Assembly: GCA_964644835.1 (NCBI GenBank)
Contig: CAZXXW010000001.1
Span: 46 to 64,045 of the forward strand
Reading direction: 5' to 3'
DNA from: an uncultured Anaerolineales bacterium
Lineage (GTDB): Bacteria > Chloroflexota > Anaerolineae > Anaerolineales > UBA11858
Length of the DNA stretch: 64,000 nt
Shown: piece by piece, positions 27,537 to 39,086 of the stretch
Position numbering within the stretch: the first letter of the stretch is position 1
Layout: each line of letters opens with the position of its first letter
Translations under genes and position numbers: made by a program
The notes under the pieces: generated by a model
Databases searched by the model: none
Told to the model about the DNA's origin: nothing
What the model saw: only the letters and a program-made list of their open reading frames with translations

Positions 27537-30233
27537 ATGAAATCAAACCTGCTCAAGAATGACCTCGGCCTGACGTTAATGGCCCTGTATATTCTCTTCA
27601 TGGGCCCTCTCATCCTTGCCATCGTGGTCATCGCTTACAACACCCAAGCACGCCTGGAAGAAAACATCAAAGCAGCAGATTTTGCTCTGGCCCGATCAAT
27701 CGCCCAGGCGACCGACCTGTCGATGCGCAATGCGATGAAAACGACTCGCGGGTTAAAATCTTATTCTGCGGTGATGGATGCAGACGTCGATGAAATGGAG
27801 ATTCTCTTTAGCACGGTGATGCAGTCCCGACCCGAAACCGATCTGGTCTACCGCCTGGACGAGAACGGCTTGATGGAATTTCATTATCCCATCGGGCCGC
27901 CAAGGACAATCGGAGCAGATTTCTCCTCGACAGTTTTTTTTCAACGCGCCCAAGTGACCACCAAGCCGCTGATCTCCAAGGGCTACATCTCACCAACGAC
28001 GGCCCACCCCGTAGCAACAGCGGCGATGCCTCTACGAGATCAATACGGCAATTTCACCGGCGTTGTCGCCTTAGATATCGAACTGAACGCCTTTAGCCAA
28101 AACCTAGTCAGAATTTCTCAAGAATACAAAGCGTCGGAGGGATTCGAGGTCGCCATCATTGATTCCGGTAATCAAATTGTCGCCCACCCCAACGGAGATC
28201 AATTGCTTGCCGATTTCCCCCAAACGTTGGACGCGATCACGGAACCCGTCCTTCTCGGGATTGCAAATACGGGAATCAGCGTCGATCAAAACGGCACCGA
28301 GAGGCTCTACAGTTACGTGCCGATTTCCAGTGCCGGATGGGGCGTCATCGTCAGCCGCCCGACGGCAAAAGCGTTTGCAACGCCGCGCACGTTCTTCCGG
28401 GGCGCATTGGTCGCATCGGTTCTTGTTCTGGCCGCAGGGATTTTCTTCTGGCTTCGGCTAACCCAACTCGTCATCCGTCCGCTGGGATTAATGACCAAGT
28501 ACAGCCAAGCGATCGGCCAAACAGAAGTGGGAATCGCCGAACAAAAGGGAGCGGTAACAACATTAGCTGCACGGAGCGATCAAATGGGCCACCTCGCCCG
28601 CAGCCTGTTACGCATGGAAGAGGCGATCCAGGCGAGGCTGAAAGAACAATCGACTTTGCTGCATACCAGCGCCTCGGTCGTCTCCACGCTGGATCGCGAA
28701 ACGGTGCTCAATCGCATCTTGGAGCAAGTCGAGCACCTACTTGATGTCAAGATGAGCGCCATCGTTGTTTTGAACGAACGAGAGGGCTTCTTTTACGCTC
28801 AGGCAAGCCGGGGCTTACCTCAGGATTATGTCGATGAAATCGCTATCGATGCCGGAGAACCCTATTCGGTCACCACGCAGGCGATCCATAGCGGGGGGCC
28901 CTTCCAAATCAGCGATGTCCAAAAAAGGCAAGACTTCAAGCGACTGCGCTCGCGAGCTCAAATCGCCGGCTATCGCTCCATCCTCGCCATTCCGCTGAAA
29001 ACGCTCTACGCCCCTCCTTCAGCGCTGTTGATCTTCCATCCCGAACCACGCTTCTTCAACGAGCATGAGATCACCCTGCTCTCGAATTTTGCCAATCACG
29101 CCACGATGGCCATCGAAAACGCAGCCCTCTACAGCCGCAGCGATATGCGCTTACAGGAACAGACCCGCCGTCTCGAGGCGTTGATTCAATCGATCAACGA
29201 CGGAATCATCCTGGAGGGGCCCGATGGTCATGTCATCTATGCCAACCGGCGGATCAACGAACTGACAGGCTTAAGCCATCGCCAGATCAGCGGTGCGACA
29301 ATCGAGACGATCTTCGACCACATCATCGCGATGACCAAGGAGCCCGAAAAAGAAGCGGGGAAAATTTACGCCGCCCTAAAAGAAGATGCCGAACGCGAAA
29401 TAGAGATGTCATTGGAATTTCAAGGTCGTTCTATCCAGCTTCGCCTGCGTACTTTCAAGGTCACAGATGCCAAAGGCGTGATCATGGGTAGGGGTCAGCT
29501 TCTTCAGGATATAACCGCTTATCACGAACTCGATCGGATGAAGTCGAATCTGATCGCCACAGTTTCTCACGAGTTGCGCACCCCGCTGGCATCGATCAAA
29601 GGCTATGCTACCACGCTTCTGGCCGACGATGTCGAGTGGGACCCCCAATCCCAACAAGAATTTCTCCAAATCATCTCGGATGAATCCACACAGTTGAGCA
29701 AGCTGGTCAGCGATTTGCTTGACCTATCACGCATTGAGGCGGGCAGTCTGGAAGTTAAACGACAAACCTGCCAACTGGAAGACCTGATCGATAATGCTAT
29801 CCGCAGGGTCAATCCGAAACCGGCGGAGCAAAACATCCATGTCGAAATTCCTGCCGATTTCCCCTCCCTGCAAGTCGATCCCAGACGTATGGAGGTCGTC
29901 CTGCGCAACTTGATCGAAAACGCGTCCAAATATGCGGGCGACGAATCGTCCATTTACATCAACGCGACATACAACCCGGAAAATGTGATCATCAAGGTGG
30001 AAGACACCGGCCCCGGTATTCCAGAAAGCGAACGCAAAAACATCTTCAACAGTTTTTACCAGCTCGACAATACCAGTATCAACCAGTCAGTCTCGGGGTC
30101 TGGCTTGGGCCTGACCATCTGCCAGGGCTTCGTCCAGGCTCACGGCGGCGACATATGGGTTGAACCCAAGGAACAAGGCGCCTGCTTCGTCATCGCCTTA
30201 CCGAATCAACCCGAAGAGGAGATATCCAAATGA
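27537..30233 (+). CDS. Sensor histidine kinase (TM - Cache-like extracytoplasmic domain - TM/HAMP - GAF - PAS - HisKA - HATPase)
   Basis: 898 aa with two TM segments flanking a ~270 aa domain. The H-box is SHELRTPL. The N box is NLIENASKY. G boxes are DTGPGI and GSGLGLTI. Confidence 0.9.
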   Translation: MKSNLLKNDLGLTLMALYILFMGPLILAIVVIAYNTQARLEENIKAADFALARSIAQATDLSMRNAMKTTRGLKSYSAVMDADVDEMEILFSTVMQSRPETDLVYRLDENGLMEFHYPIGPPRTIGADFSSTVFFQRAQVTTKPLISKGYISPTTAHPVATAAMPLRDQYGNFTGVVALDIELNAFSQNLVRISQEYKASEGFEVAIIDSGNQIVAHPNGDQLLADFPQTLDAITEPVLLGIANTGISVDQNGTERLYSYVPISSAGWGVIVSRPTAKAFATPRTFFRGALVASVLVLAAGIFFWLRLTQLVIRPLGLMTKYSQAIGQTEVGIAEQKGAVTTLAARSDQMGHLARSLLRMEEAIQARLKEQSTLLHTSASVVSTLDRETVLNRILEQVEHLLDVKMSAIVVLNEREGFFYAQASRGLPQDYVDEIAIDAGEPYSVTTQAIHSGGPFQISDVQKRQDFKRLRSRAQIAGYRSILAIPLKTLYAPPSALLIFHPEPRFFNEHEITLLSNFANHATMAIENAALYSRSDMRLQEQTRRLEALIQSINDGIILEGPDGHVIYANRRINELTGLSHRQISGATIETIFDHIIAMTKEPEKEAGKIYAALKEDAEREIEMSLEFQGRSIQLRLRTFKVTDAKGVIMGRGQLLQDITAYHELDRMKSNLIATVSHELRTPLASIKGYATTLLADDVEWDPQSQQEFLQIISDESTQLSKLVSDLLDLSRIEAGSLEVKRQTCQLEDLIDNAIRRVNPKPAEQNIHVEIPADFPSLQVDPRRMEVVLRNLIENASKYAGDESSIYINATYNPENVIIKVEDTGPGIPESERKNIFNSFYQLDNTSINQSVSGSGLGLTICQGFVQAHGGDIWVEPKEQGACFVIALPNQPEEEISK

Positions 30234-30928
30234 GCAACCCAATCGTTCTAGTTGTAGACGACGAAAAAACGATCCGTGATTTCGTGCGCCGGAACTTAGA
30301 GGTGCGCAATTTTGGCGTTGTCACTGCCGATAACGGCATCGACGCCCTGATGATCTTCAATTCTCAGAATATCGACCTGGTTATCCTCGACCTGATGATG
30401 CCGCGCCTCGACGGTCTCGAAACCACCCGCCGCATCCGCCAGCACTCCACCGTGCCGATCATCATTCTCACCGCCCTGGACGATGAAAGCGACAAGATCC
30501 GCGCCTTCGAGCTTGGCGCCGACGATTATCTGACCAAGCCTTTTGGTGTCGGAGAATTATTGGCTCGCGTCAAGGCGGTCCTCCGCCGAACAACGTGGAC
30601 CCAGACTCCCCTGCGGCAGGGGCACATCGTCCATGGGAATATCCGCGTTGATCTGGCCCGGCATGAGGTCCTCGTTCGGGGTCAAAAGGTAGAGTTGACC
30701 CCAACAGAATTTGACCTCCTTGTCTATCTGATGGAACACGCCGGAAAAGTTCTCCCTCACGAAGCGATTCTCAAAAAGGTGTGGGGGCCGGAATACGGCG
30801 AGGAGACCGAATACCTGCGCGTCTACATGGGGCATTTGCGCCAAAAAATCGAAAAAGAGCCCACCAAGCCCGAATATTTGCTCACCGAAAGGGGCATAGG
30901 CTACCGCTTCGAGCCGCCATCATCCTAA
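30230..30928 (+). CDS. OmpR/PhoB-family (KdpE-like) response regulator
   Basis: 232 aa. The receiver has VVDDE, LVILDLMMP and the Lys context YLTKPF. The winged helix is LTPTEFDLLVYL...YLRVYMGHLRQKIE...GIGYRF. It overlaps the kinase gene by 4 nt. Confidence 0.9.
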   Translation: MSNPIVLVVDDEKTIRDFVRRNLEVRNFGVVTADNGIDALMIFNSQNIDLVILDLMMPRLDGLETTRRIRQHSTVPIIILTALDDESDKIRAFELGADDYLTKPFGVGELLARVKAVLRRTTWTQTPLRQGHIVHGNIRVDLARHEVLVRGQKVELTPTEFDLLVYLMEHAGKVLPHEAILKKVWGPEYGEETEYLRVYMGHLRQKIEKEPTKPEYLLTERGIGYRFEPPSS

Positions 30929-30976
30929 ACCGACCGATTGATTTGTGCGTTCAACCTGTTTATACTGATAGATAGG

Positions 30977-33214
30977 ATGAACGCCAAAACGCAATCACCC
31001 GCCTTTCTTCTCGGAGATTCCGGCCGTACCGCCAAACCGCTGGAAAGATATTTACCTCCCATCCCGGAGGGGGGTGCTGCTTCCTGGCTGGAGAAAAACA
31101 TCCCCCGGGGAGGGTTGATTCTGGACCCCTTTGGGGCTGCACCATCCCTGGCCCTGGAGAGCGCCCGCAGCGGCTATCGTTTCCTGGTGGCCGTCAACAA
31201 CCCGGTGCTCGCCTTCCTGCTCAAAACGACCGCTTCAGCCCCAGGCGAAGAAGACCTCAAAGCCACTCTGGCGGCGCTCAGCTCGACGCGCCTCCGGGAT
31301 ACGCGCATCGAGCCCTATATCCGCTCTCTGTACAGAACCCAATGCCGCCACTGCCAACGCAAGACGATGGCCGAAGCCTTCCTGTGGGAAAAAGAGGCCA
31401 GCGTCCCCTACGCGGTGATCTACACCTGCAAGCACTGCCAGGACGCGGGGGAATATCCCGCCAGTGAGGCCGACAAAAAGCTCGCCCAACGCTTCGGTCA
31501 AAGCGGCCTGCATCGTTCCCGCGCCCTCGAGCGGGTCGCGCCTCTCAACGACCCCGATCGCGTCCACGTCGAAGAAGCTCTAGAGACCTATCCCAACCGC
31601 GCTTTGCACATTCTCAGCACGCTGATCAACAAACTCGAGGGCTTGGATCTCTCCGATCAGAATGAGGATCTCCTCGCCGCGCTTCTCTTGACCGCCTTCG
31701 ACCGGGCGAACACATTATGGGCCCATCCGATTGAACGCGAACGTCCCAAACAACTAACCATTCCGCCAAAATACCGCGAGAACAACATCTGGTTTGCCCT
31801 GGAAGCGGCGGTGGACCAATGGCGTTCGTCTCGTTCACCCGTCCCGGTGCGCCAGCACGATGGCAGCCTGCCCCGGGAAGGTAGCGTCGCCTTGTTCAAA
31901 GGCCGGGCCAAAGAGTTGGCGCAGTTGCTGGAGGGTCTTTCCATCGACGCAGTGCTGACCATCTTGCCGCGCCCCAATCAGGCCTTCTGGACTCTCTCGG
32001 CGCTGTGGACAGGCTGGCTCTGGGGTGCGGACGCCGTCCAACCGATCAAAGCCGTACTGCGGCGGGCGCGCTACAATTGGCGCTGGCACACGGCCGCACT
32101 TCATGGTGTTCTCACCCATGTGGCTGCAACGCTCCCACCTGAAACCCCGATGTTCAGCCTAATCGGCGAAACCGAGCCCGGCTTTCTCTCCGCGGGGATG
32201 ATCGCGGCCCATCAGGCCGGATTCATCTGCCAGGGAATCGCGCTGCGTCCCGAGCAAGGTCACGCCCAAATCACCTGGACGTTCAACGATGAAAAGCAAG
32301 CTCAAGAGAAGATTATCGAGCAAACCATTCAAGAGGGAGCCGAAGACTATTTGCTCCGGCGCGGTGAACCAAGCCCTTATTTGACCCTGTTGGCCGCCGG
32401 GTTGAGCGATCACACCCGGTTCAAGCCCCTTGATCAAGAACCAAGCGAGGCCTTTCAGACTTTACAAGCGACCATCGAAACAACGATCTCATACCGGGGC
32501 AGATTCCTGCGTCTGGGCGCGACGGGAAAATCGGCCCAAAGCGGATATTGGTGGCGACAAACCGATGATCAAGCAGAACATCCCCTCCCGCTGGCCGATC
32601 GGGTCGAGATGGCCTTGGTCCGTCATTTACTTCAACATCCCGGCAGCACAACGGACTCCATCGACCAAGCCGTTTGCGAAGCCTTGCCCGGGCTGATGAC
32701 GCCGTCGCGAGAGATAGTCCAAGTTTGTCTTCAATCGTATGGCACCAGCGAAGATGGCTGCTGGCAGATCCGAGAGGAAGATCAGCCCGGCGCCCGGCGC
32801 GAGGATTTGGAGACGATGGGCAAGCACATCGACGAACTCGGCGCCAAGGTCGGCTTTGCCACCGTCAAGATGTCCGACGACCCGCTCCGCTTCCAATGGT
32901 ATAACACCGATGGGGAGATCGAATACCTGCTCTATCTGACTGCATCGGCAGTGCTCGGCAAGCTGATCCCCTACGGCCAGCCCCCCTTGAGCAAGGCGAT
33001 CATCTTCCTGCCGGGAGGGCGGGCCAACCTTGTTGCTTGCAAATTGGAGCATAACCCGGCCTTGAAAGAACAAGCCGAGGGACACTATCGATTTGTCAAG
33101 TACCGTCACCTGCGCCATCTGCTCGCCAGTCCGATGCTGACCCGGGAGAATTTAGACGATCAACTGGCCCTTGATCCGCTCACCTATACGGAACCACAAT
33201 TGCGCTTGTTCTAG
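30977..33214 (+). CDS. Zn-ribbon DNA-methyltransferase-like protein (COG1743-like) with degenerate SAM and catalytic motifs
   Basis: 745 codons from ATG 30977. LILDPFGAAPSLALESARSGYRFLVAVNNPVLAFLLK resembles the DPFaGGGsIPlEA.RLG...a.DLNPVA motif. Two CxxC pairs are present (CRHC 31343.., CKHC 31427..). DAVLTILPRPNQAFWTLSALWTGWLW sits where DAVvTDPPYyd...LSDFFYvWL is expected. Confidence 0.7.
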   Translation: MNAKTQSPAFLLGDSGRTAKPLERYLPPIPEGGAASWLEKNIPRGGLILDPFGAAPSLALESARSGYRFLVAVNNPVLAFLLKTTASAPGEEDLKATLAALSSTRLRDTRIEPYIRSLYRTQCRHCQRKTMAEAFLWEKEASVPYAVIYTCKHCQDAGEYPASEADKKLAQRFGQSGLHRSRALERVAPLNDPDRVHVEEALETYPNRALHILSTLINKLEGLDLSDQNEDLLAALLLTAFDRANTLWAHPIERERPKQLTIPPKYRENNIWFALEAAVDQWRSSRSPVPVRQHDGSLPREGSVALFKGRAKELAQLLEGLSIDAVLTILPRPNQAFWTLSALWTGWLWGADAVQPIKAVLRRARYNWRWHTAALHGVLTHVAATLPPETPMFSLIGETEPGFLSAGMIAAHQAGFICQGIALRPEQGHAQITWTFNDEKQAQEKIIEQTIQEGAEDYLLRRGEPSPYLTLLAAGLSDHTRFKPLDQEPSEAFQTLQATIETTISYRGRFLRLGATGKSAQSGYWWRQTDDQAEHPLPLADRVEMALVRHLLQHPGSTTDSIDQAVCEALPGLMTPSREIVQVCLQSYGTSEDGCWQIREEDQPGARREDLETMGKHIDELGAKVGFATVKMSDDPLRFQWYNTDGEIEYLLYLTASAVLGKLIPYGQPPLSKAIIFLPGGRANLVACKLEHNPALKEQAEGHYRFVKYRHLRHLLASPMLTRENLDDQLALDPLTYTEPQLRLF

Positions 33215-33234
33215 CGAAAATTTGAACGTAGTTC

Positions 33235-33263
33235 TTGACTCGCATCTGTATCATCGGTATAAT
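33235..33263 (+). promoter_or_regulatory. Consensus sigma-70 promoter for the T-box leader
   Basis: The promoter reads TTGACT (33235..33240), 17 nt, TATAAT (33258..33263). Confidence 0.7.
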
Positions 33264-33285
33264 CTCAATCAACAAGTGAAAACCA

Positions 33286-33565
33286 CGCTCCCGGGAGGAG
33301 TAGGCGGAATTGGCGCCGCTAGAGAAGGAATGGCCATAGGCTGAAAGCCACCCTCGGTCGCCCTCCACCGAAAGTCGCCCGGATTGTTCACCGAAGAAAT
33401 CCATTTTGGAGAGTAGACCGGTACGGGTAAGCCCGTTACAGCGTAACTTTGATCGGCCCAGCGCCCGTCAAAGGTCAAGAGCGCCAGCAGAAAACGTTGG
33501 CGAAGCGAGGTGGTACCGCGGAAGATCGATCCTTTCGTCCTCAGGTGGACGGAAGGATTTTTTAT
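33286..33565 (+). promoter_or_regulatory. T-box riboswitch leader, probable valine (GUC) specifier, with intrinsic terminator
   Basis: The T-box sequence is GGUGGUACCGCG (33509..33520). An F-box-like CCGUUA lies at 33433..33438. The Stem I base is CCGGG (33291..95) paired with CCCGG (33378..82). The 5' loop is AGGAGUA and the 3' loop is GAAA-GUC-G. AGAGA lies at 33321..25 and GGCUGAAAGCC at 33339..49. The terminator stem is auccuuucgucc/ggacggaaggau (33529..33558) followed by a U-run. Confidence 0.8.
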
Positions 33566-33586
33566 TTCCGCAGAGGAGTTGGAACC

Positions 33587-34954
33587 ATGCGCAGAATGAT
33601 TCTGATCACGAGCATTCTTGTTCTTCTCGCCGTAAGTTGCAGCCTGATCACGGGAGAGGGTCTCAGCGCGCAGCCACAAGGTGAGACATCCACAGCCACA
33701 GAGCAGCCCACCCGCCAGCCAGCGACCGCTACCCAACCAACACCGACGATTGTGCCCACATCCACGCGGGAACCAACGCCAAGCCCGAGCCCGGAACCGG
33801 AACTAAGTGCCACCCCAACACCCACCATCGAGGGCGCGCCGAGTGTCACCGTCCCACCGCTGAGGGCGGGACAAGATGTGACCATCACCGAGATCAAGAT
33901 GATCGACTCCGGCACCGGCTGGGGCATCGGGCATCAGGGTGGTCCCATCGATCATATCCTTACCACGAACGATGGCGGCGAGACCTGGGAAGATCGCTCA
34001 CCCCCTACCGCGCCACTGGGATCAGAAGAACAGAGCAAACGGGCCTGGGGACATTTCGCCGACGCCCAAACTGCCTGGGTCATCTTTAGCGCGGAGGGAC
34101 CGCCTCCGCTTGAACCGAAGCTGGTCTGGCGCAGTGATGATGGCGGCGAAACCTGGCGGGCCAGCAAGCCGCTGCAGCTTAGCGGCGATGAACCTTTCTT
34201 CACCCCCGAGGAACTCACCTTTGTGGATCGGGAACATGGCTGGTTGCTCGTCCACGTCGACGCGGGGATGAGCCATGATTACAGCTATCTCTACGCCACG
34301 CAGGACGGCGGCGTGAGCTGGGAACGGATCGTTGACCCTTACAAGGATGGGCTCCAAAGTCTGCTCAATACCGGGATGGCCTTTGCCGACACACAACTCG
34401 GCTGGGTGACCAAGGATAATCTCGGCGTGTTGCCGGGTGCCTTTTTCGAAGCGAGCCGCGACGGCGGCGCCACCTGGGAGGACTCTTTTTTACCCGCACC
34501 TCAGGAACTGGATTGGTTCAACGAGATCAGCCAATGCGTCACCACCGCGCCGGCATTTTTGACCTCGCGTCGGGCCGCGTTGATCGTCAAGTGCAAAACG
34601 CCGGATGAAACCGATCCGGCTGAATGGACGCATACCTATATCTACACAACCGGCGATCGCGGCGAAACCTGGGAACACGATAAGCTCCCCTCTCCGGTGG
34701 ACGATTTGATTTTCATCGATGCCCAAACAGGGTGGGCCCTGGGCCGCGATATTTACACGACCACCGATGGCGGTTTGAGCTGGGTTAAGATCAAACACGT
34801 CAACTGGGACGGGCAGTTCAGCTTCGTCGATGAGCAAACCGGCTGGGCTGTTGCCCGCGATGATGACGAAATCGCTCTGGTCACGACCACGGACGGCGGC
34901 GAGACGTGGCAACTCGTCGAGCCGAAGATGGCAAGGCGGGAAGCTGAGAATTAA
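33587..34954 (+). CDS. Lipoprotein with seven Asp-box (BNR) repeats, Ycf48/sialidase-like beta-propeller
   Basis: ATG 33587 has a GAGGAG SD. The lipobox is LLAVSC, followed by a Pro/Thr linker. Seven (S/T)xDGGxTW-type boxes are present (NDGGETW, DDGGETW, QDGGVSW, RDGGATW, GDRGETW, TDGGLSW, TDGGETW). Confidence 0.85.
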   Translation: MRRMILITSILVLLAVSCSLITGEGLSAQPQGETSTATEQPTRQPATATQPTPTIVPTSTREPTPSPSPEPELSATPTPTIEGAPSVTVPPLRAGQDVTITEIKMIDSGTGWGIGHQGGPIDHILTTNDGGETWEDRSPPTAPLGSEEQSKRAWGHFADAQTAWVIFSAEGPPPLEPKLVWRSDDGGETWRASKPLQLSGDEPFFTPEELTFVDREHGWLLVHVDAGMSHDYSYLYATQDGGVSWERIVDPYKDGLQSLLNTGMAFADTQLGWVTKDNLGVLPGAFFEASRDGGATWEDSFLPAPQELDWFNEISQCVTTAPAFLTSRRAALIVKCKTPDETDPAEWTHTYIYTTGDRGETWEHDKLPSPVDDLIFIDAQTGWALGRDIYTTTDGGLSWVKIKHVNWDGQFSFVDEQTGWAVARDDDEIALVTTTDGGETWQLVEPKMARREAEN

Positions 34955-35165
34955 ATAGGAGTTACGAAGTTCATATAGAAATCCACCGCTGAGACTCGGA
35001 GTGCGCAGAGATTTGATTAAAAAGGGACAGAAACAGCGTTTTTCTCGGCGTTTACCGAGGGTACGCAAGGCGTCTGTGTCTCGGCGGTAGATTTAGCTTC
35101 ATCTGCTTAAGTAAATCAAAATCAATCTACCTTCAATCTGACACCAATACAAACGGAGAAACGCA

Positions 35166-37877
<2,712 letters not shown>

Positions 37878-37884
37878 ATCAAAT

Positions 37885-37909
37885 GAGCCCCACTTCTGAA
37901 GTGGGGCTC
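37885..37909. terminator. Hairpin between convergent valS and 37919..38998
   Basis: The stem is gagccccactt (37885..95) paired with aagtggggctc (37899..909), with a 3-nt loop. Confidence 0.55.
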
Positions 37910-37918
37910 TCCTCATAT

Positions 37919-38998
37919 TTATTGACGTCTCAAACGCGAGTACGTCCGGGCCACGATCTGCTTGCGCAATGCCACCAGTTCGGGAAAATCGTAAAAAAAG
38001 AGTACTTTCTGCTCGGCGATGGTATCCCCATCGGGCTTGGGTTGGAGGACGAAGTACGTCCAGGATTCGGCGATATCCTCACCAGGGTTGGTGACAGCAT
38101 AATCGGTTACAAATTGGTCTTGATAACTCCAGTAGAATTCATCTAAGGCTTGATAATACGCCTCGTCATCTTCGATGTAAGTGATCTCTTCCCACTCGTC
38201 GAGAAGATCAGCCCAAAACCGCTGGACGAACAAATTGATATAAGAATTTGGCAAACTGCACCCTTCCCCGGGGAAGTATTGCGGGCAGGCAGCGAGGGCC
38301 TGCTCGTAAAGCAGATCATTCTCCGGTTCCTCGAACAATGCCAGATCAATTTCAACTTGCTCGCTATTAAGGGTCAGGAGGTGGCCAAATTCATGGATCA
38401 AGGTATAAGTCAGTTCTTCAGGATTCTGAGCGTCGACGATGTCAATCGCCAAAATCCATTTCTCCGGATCTGTGAAGTCTTGTTCGACAGCGGCCATGAC
38501 CTCATCGACACCATCGGTGAAAACGACAAAGCTCGCCAGGTCGGTGCGGTACGCTAGAGGGATCAGTTGGGTGTAATAAGCCCAAATTTTTTGGTGGGTA
38601 TCTGTATCATCTTGATAGCTCAAGAGATCATCACTAACGGTAACCTCTTCTGGGTTGACAAGCAGATCGCCGTCGATCTGATAGGTGACCAGCGTGCTTT
38701 CTGCTGTCGAGTAAAAATCTTCAGTATCCCCCTCCATTGGAACGAAAATTTCCTCGACCAGATCAAGAAATTGGGGGGCAAGGCTATCGTCGAAATCCTC
38801 GTCGAGATAACACAACTTGTCTTCGTCGTCATAGTATTCATCTTCGTAACAGTCTTCGGGAAGTTCGTAGTAACCCAATTCTTCGGTGTAATATTCTTCC
38901 CCGTACCACCAATAAGCAATATCTGGCCAATACCAATAGACGGCTATTCCCCCCAGGAGCAACGAAACGATCAAGAAAGCAAGGAATAGTTTTTTCAT
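37919..38998 (-). CDS. Membrane-anchored, highly acidic putative zinc metallopeptidase (HExxH)
   Basis: 359 aa with an N-terminal TM helix. A Tyr/Glu/Asp-rich segment follows. LIHEFGHLLT (HExxH) has a downstream NPGEDIAES, a possible third ligand. I recognise no family. Confidence 0.65.
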   Translation of the reverse strand: MKKLFLAFLIVSLLLGGIAVYWYWPDIAYWWYGEEYYTEELGYYELPEDCYEDEYYDDEDKLCYLDEDFDDSLAPQFLDLVEEIFVPMEGDTEDFYSTAESTLVTYQIDGDLLVNPEEVTVSDDLLSYQDDTDTHQKIWAYYTQLIPLAYRTDLASFVVFTDGVDEVMAAVEQDFTDPEKWILAIDIVDAQNPEELTYTLIHEFGHLLTLNSEQVEIDLALFEEPENDLLYEQALAACPQYFPGEGCSLPNSYINLFVQRFWADLLDEWEEITYIEDDEAYYQALDEFYWSYQDQFVTDYAVTNPGEDIAESWTYFVLQPKPDGDTIAEQKVLFFYDFPELVALRKQIVARTYSRLRRQ

Positions 38999-39086
38999 CT
39001 TTCACCTCTTTGTAAAAACGCGTTGAACAATGGATTTTCTTACGACCAGGAAACCCTGAATTTTCTTTCGTCAGGTGGGCTTCACC

